This document shows, piece after piece, positions 62,201 to 64,000 of a stretch of 64,000 nucleotides of DNA. A model generated the notes under the pieces. The model was not told the origin of the DNA and did not search any database. It saw only the letters and a program-made list of their open reading frames with translations. The stretch lies in the NCBI RefSeq assembly GCF_009914755.1, contig NC_060946.1; one strand, given 5' to 3'. The position numbers were made by a program, and so were the translations under genes. This stretch comes from the human T2T-CHM13v2.0 reference genome, Homo sapiens. How positions within the stretch are numbered: position 1 is the stretch's first letter; every line of letters begins with the position of its first letter.

Positions 62201-63745
62201 ATCAAAGTACCCCAAATATATATTATATACTCTACATGAAATATCAAAGTTCACAAACTATATATTATATACTGTACATAAAATATCAAAGTACCCAAGG
62301 TATATATTCTATACTGTACAAAAAATATCAAAATACCCAAAGCATGTATTATATACTGTACATAAAATATGAAAGTACATCAAATATATATTTTATTCTG
62401 TACATAAAATATCAAAGTACACCAGATATATATTCTATAGTGTACATAAAATATCAAAGTACCGAAACTATACATTATATACTGTACATAAAATATGAAA
62501 TTACATCAAATATATTTTATATTAGGTACATAAAATATGAAAGTACATCAAATATAGATTATATACTGTACATTAAATACCAAAGTACCCCAAATATATA
62601 TTTTATGCTGTACATGAAATATCAGAGTTCACAAACTATATATTATATACTGTACATATAATATCAAAGAACCCAAGGTATATATTCTATACTGTACAAA
62701 AAATAACAAAGTACCAAAAGCATGTATTATATACTGTACCTAAAATATGAAAATACATCAAATATATATTTTATTCTGTACATAAAATATCAAAGTACAC
62801 CAGATATATATTCTATAGTGTACATAAAATATCAAAGTACCCAAGCTATACATTACATACTGTACATAAAATATGAAATTACATCAAATATATATTATAT
62901 TAGGTACATAAAATATGAAAGTACATGAAATATAGATTATATACTGTACATAAAATATCAAGGTACCACAAATATATATTATATACTCTACATGAAATAT
63001 CAAAGTTCACAAACTATATATTATATACTGTACATATAATATCAAAGTACCCAAGGTATATATTCTATACTGTACAAAAAATAACAAAGTACCAAAAGCA
63101 TGTATTATATACTGTACCTAAAATATGAAAGTACATCAAATATGTATTTTATTCTGTACATAAAATATCAAAGTACACCAGATATATATTCTATAGTGTA
63201 CATAAAATATGAAAGTACCCAAACTATACATTATATCCTGTACATAAAATATGAAATTACATCAAATATATATTATATTAGGTACATAAAATATGAAAGT
63301 ACATGAAATATAGATTATATACTGTACATAAAATATCAAGGTACGCCAAATATATATTATATACTCTACATGAAATATCAAAGTTCTCAAACTATATATT
63401 ATATACTGTACATAAAATATCAAAGTACCCAAGGTATATATTCTATACTGTACAAAAAATAAAGTACCAAAAGCATGTATAATATACTGTACATAAAATA
63501 TGAAAGTACATCAAATATATATTTTATTCTGTACATAAAATATCAAAGTACACCAGATATATATTCTATAGTGTACATAAAATATCAAAGTACCCAAACT
63601 ATACATTATATACTGTAAATAAAATATGAAATTACATCAAATATATTTTATATTAGGTACATAAAATATGAAAGTACATCAAATATATATTTTATTCTGT
63701 ACATAAAATATCAAACTACACCAGATATATATTCTATAGTGTACA
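59220..63745 (+). repeat. Tandem duplication with 2604-bp period (62 monomers = 6x378 + 2x168)
   Basis: ORFs 59446/62050, 60118/62722, 60321/62925 and 60496/63100. Shared GTACCGAAACT, CAAAGAACCC, CCCAAGCTATAC, GGTACCACAAA, ATCCTG and GTACGCCAAA. Confidence 0.9.
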
Positions 63746-64000
63746 TAAAATATGAAAGTACCCAAACTATACATTATATCCTGTACATAAAATATGAAAT
63801 TACATCAAATATATATTATATTAGGTACATAAAATATGAAAGTACATGAAATATAGATTATATACTGTACATAATATATCAAGGTACGCCAAATATATAT
63901 TATATACTCTACATGAAATATCAAAGTTCTCAAACTATATATTATATACTGTACATAAAATATCAAAGTACCCAAGGTATATATTCTATACTGTACAAAA

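Larger units (their letters stand above)
1..64000 (+). repeat. Human Satellite 1A (HSat1A/SAR) tandem array: 42-bp monomer, 378-bp 9-mer HOR, extending beyond both window edges
   Basis: Seen: 42-bp periodicity throughout, with GTAC sites alternately 17 and 25 bp apart. Nine distinguishable monomers A-I recur every 378 bp (e.g. ORF starts 37902/38280/38658). Consensus GC is about 81/378. Known: the 17+25-bp RsaI subunits, 42-bp unit and 378-bp 9-mer periodicity are the described hallmarks of HSat1A. Chromosome of origin cannot be determined by eye. Confidence 0.96.
33001..64000 (+). repeat. Right subfamily domain: full-length A monomer, distinct SNV set, interspersed 168-bp 4-mer units
   Basis: Dominant variants are AAAAAATAACAAAGTACCAAAAGC (F), CTGTACCTAAAA, CTGTAAATAAAA (I), TATATTTTATATTAGG (A), CATTAAATACCAAAG (B/C) and GTACATGAAATATAG...CAAGGTACCCC. 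I found no 5-bp-deleted A after ~32670. Confidence 0.85.

Noticed and set aside
1-64000. CRISPR-like alternation of a conserved ~17-bp part and a variable ~25-bp part
   Set aside because: The variable parts are homologous to each other and cycle with period 9. There are no unique spacers, leader or cas genes.
1-64000. TATA-like boxes and short palindromes (TGTACA, TATATA) as promoters or hairpin terminators
   Set aside because: These are intrinsic to every monomer of an AT-rich satellite. No long inverted repeat or unique regulatory context is present.
1-64000. Alternative identity as alpha satellite, HSat1B, HSat2/3 or an AT-rich protist/organelle repeat
   Set aside because: There is no 171-bp unit, CENP-B box, Alu-derived 2.4-kb unit or CATTC motif. 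The 17+25-bp and 378-bp structure fits HSat1A.

Overview
The whole 64 kb window is one uninterrupted, single-orientation tandem array of a very AT-rich 42-bp satellite (my hand-built consensus is about 21% GC and has no CpG). The monomer (e.g. GTACATAAAATATCAAA-GTACCCAAACTATACATTATATACT, cut by GTAC into 17+25 bp subunits) is organised as a 9-monomer, 378-bp higher-order repeat (HOR). This matches human/hominid Satellite 1A (HSat1A, Repbase SAR; pericentromeric and acrocentric short-arm heterochromatin). I see no genes, RNA genes, transposons or CRISPR arrays, and all listed ORFs are translations of the repeat. The information is in the array architecture. A left subfamily domain (1 to ~33 kb) mixes 378-bp and 373-bp HORs. 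A right domain has different diagnostic SNVs and recurrent 168-bp 4-mer units. A 50-monomer right-type block sits inside a duplicated left-type segment, and there are several recent kb-scale duplications. The most speculative functional idea is that a + strand transcript would carry hundreds of perfect Pumilio elements (UGUAHAUA). Monomer labels used below follow their translation: A=KYEITSNIYYIRYI, B=KYESTSNIDYILYI, C=KYQSTPNIYFILYM, D=KYQSSQTIYYILYI, E=KYQSTQGIYSILYK, F=KYQSTQSMYYILYI, G=KYESTSNIYFILYI, H=KYQSTPDIYSIVYI, I=KYQSTQTIHYILYI. Coordinates were read by eye and segment ends are approximate.
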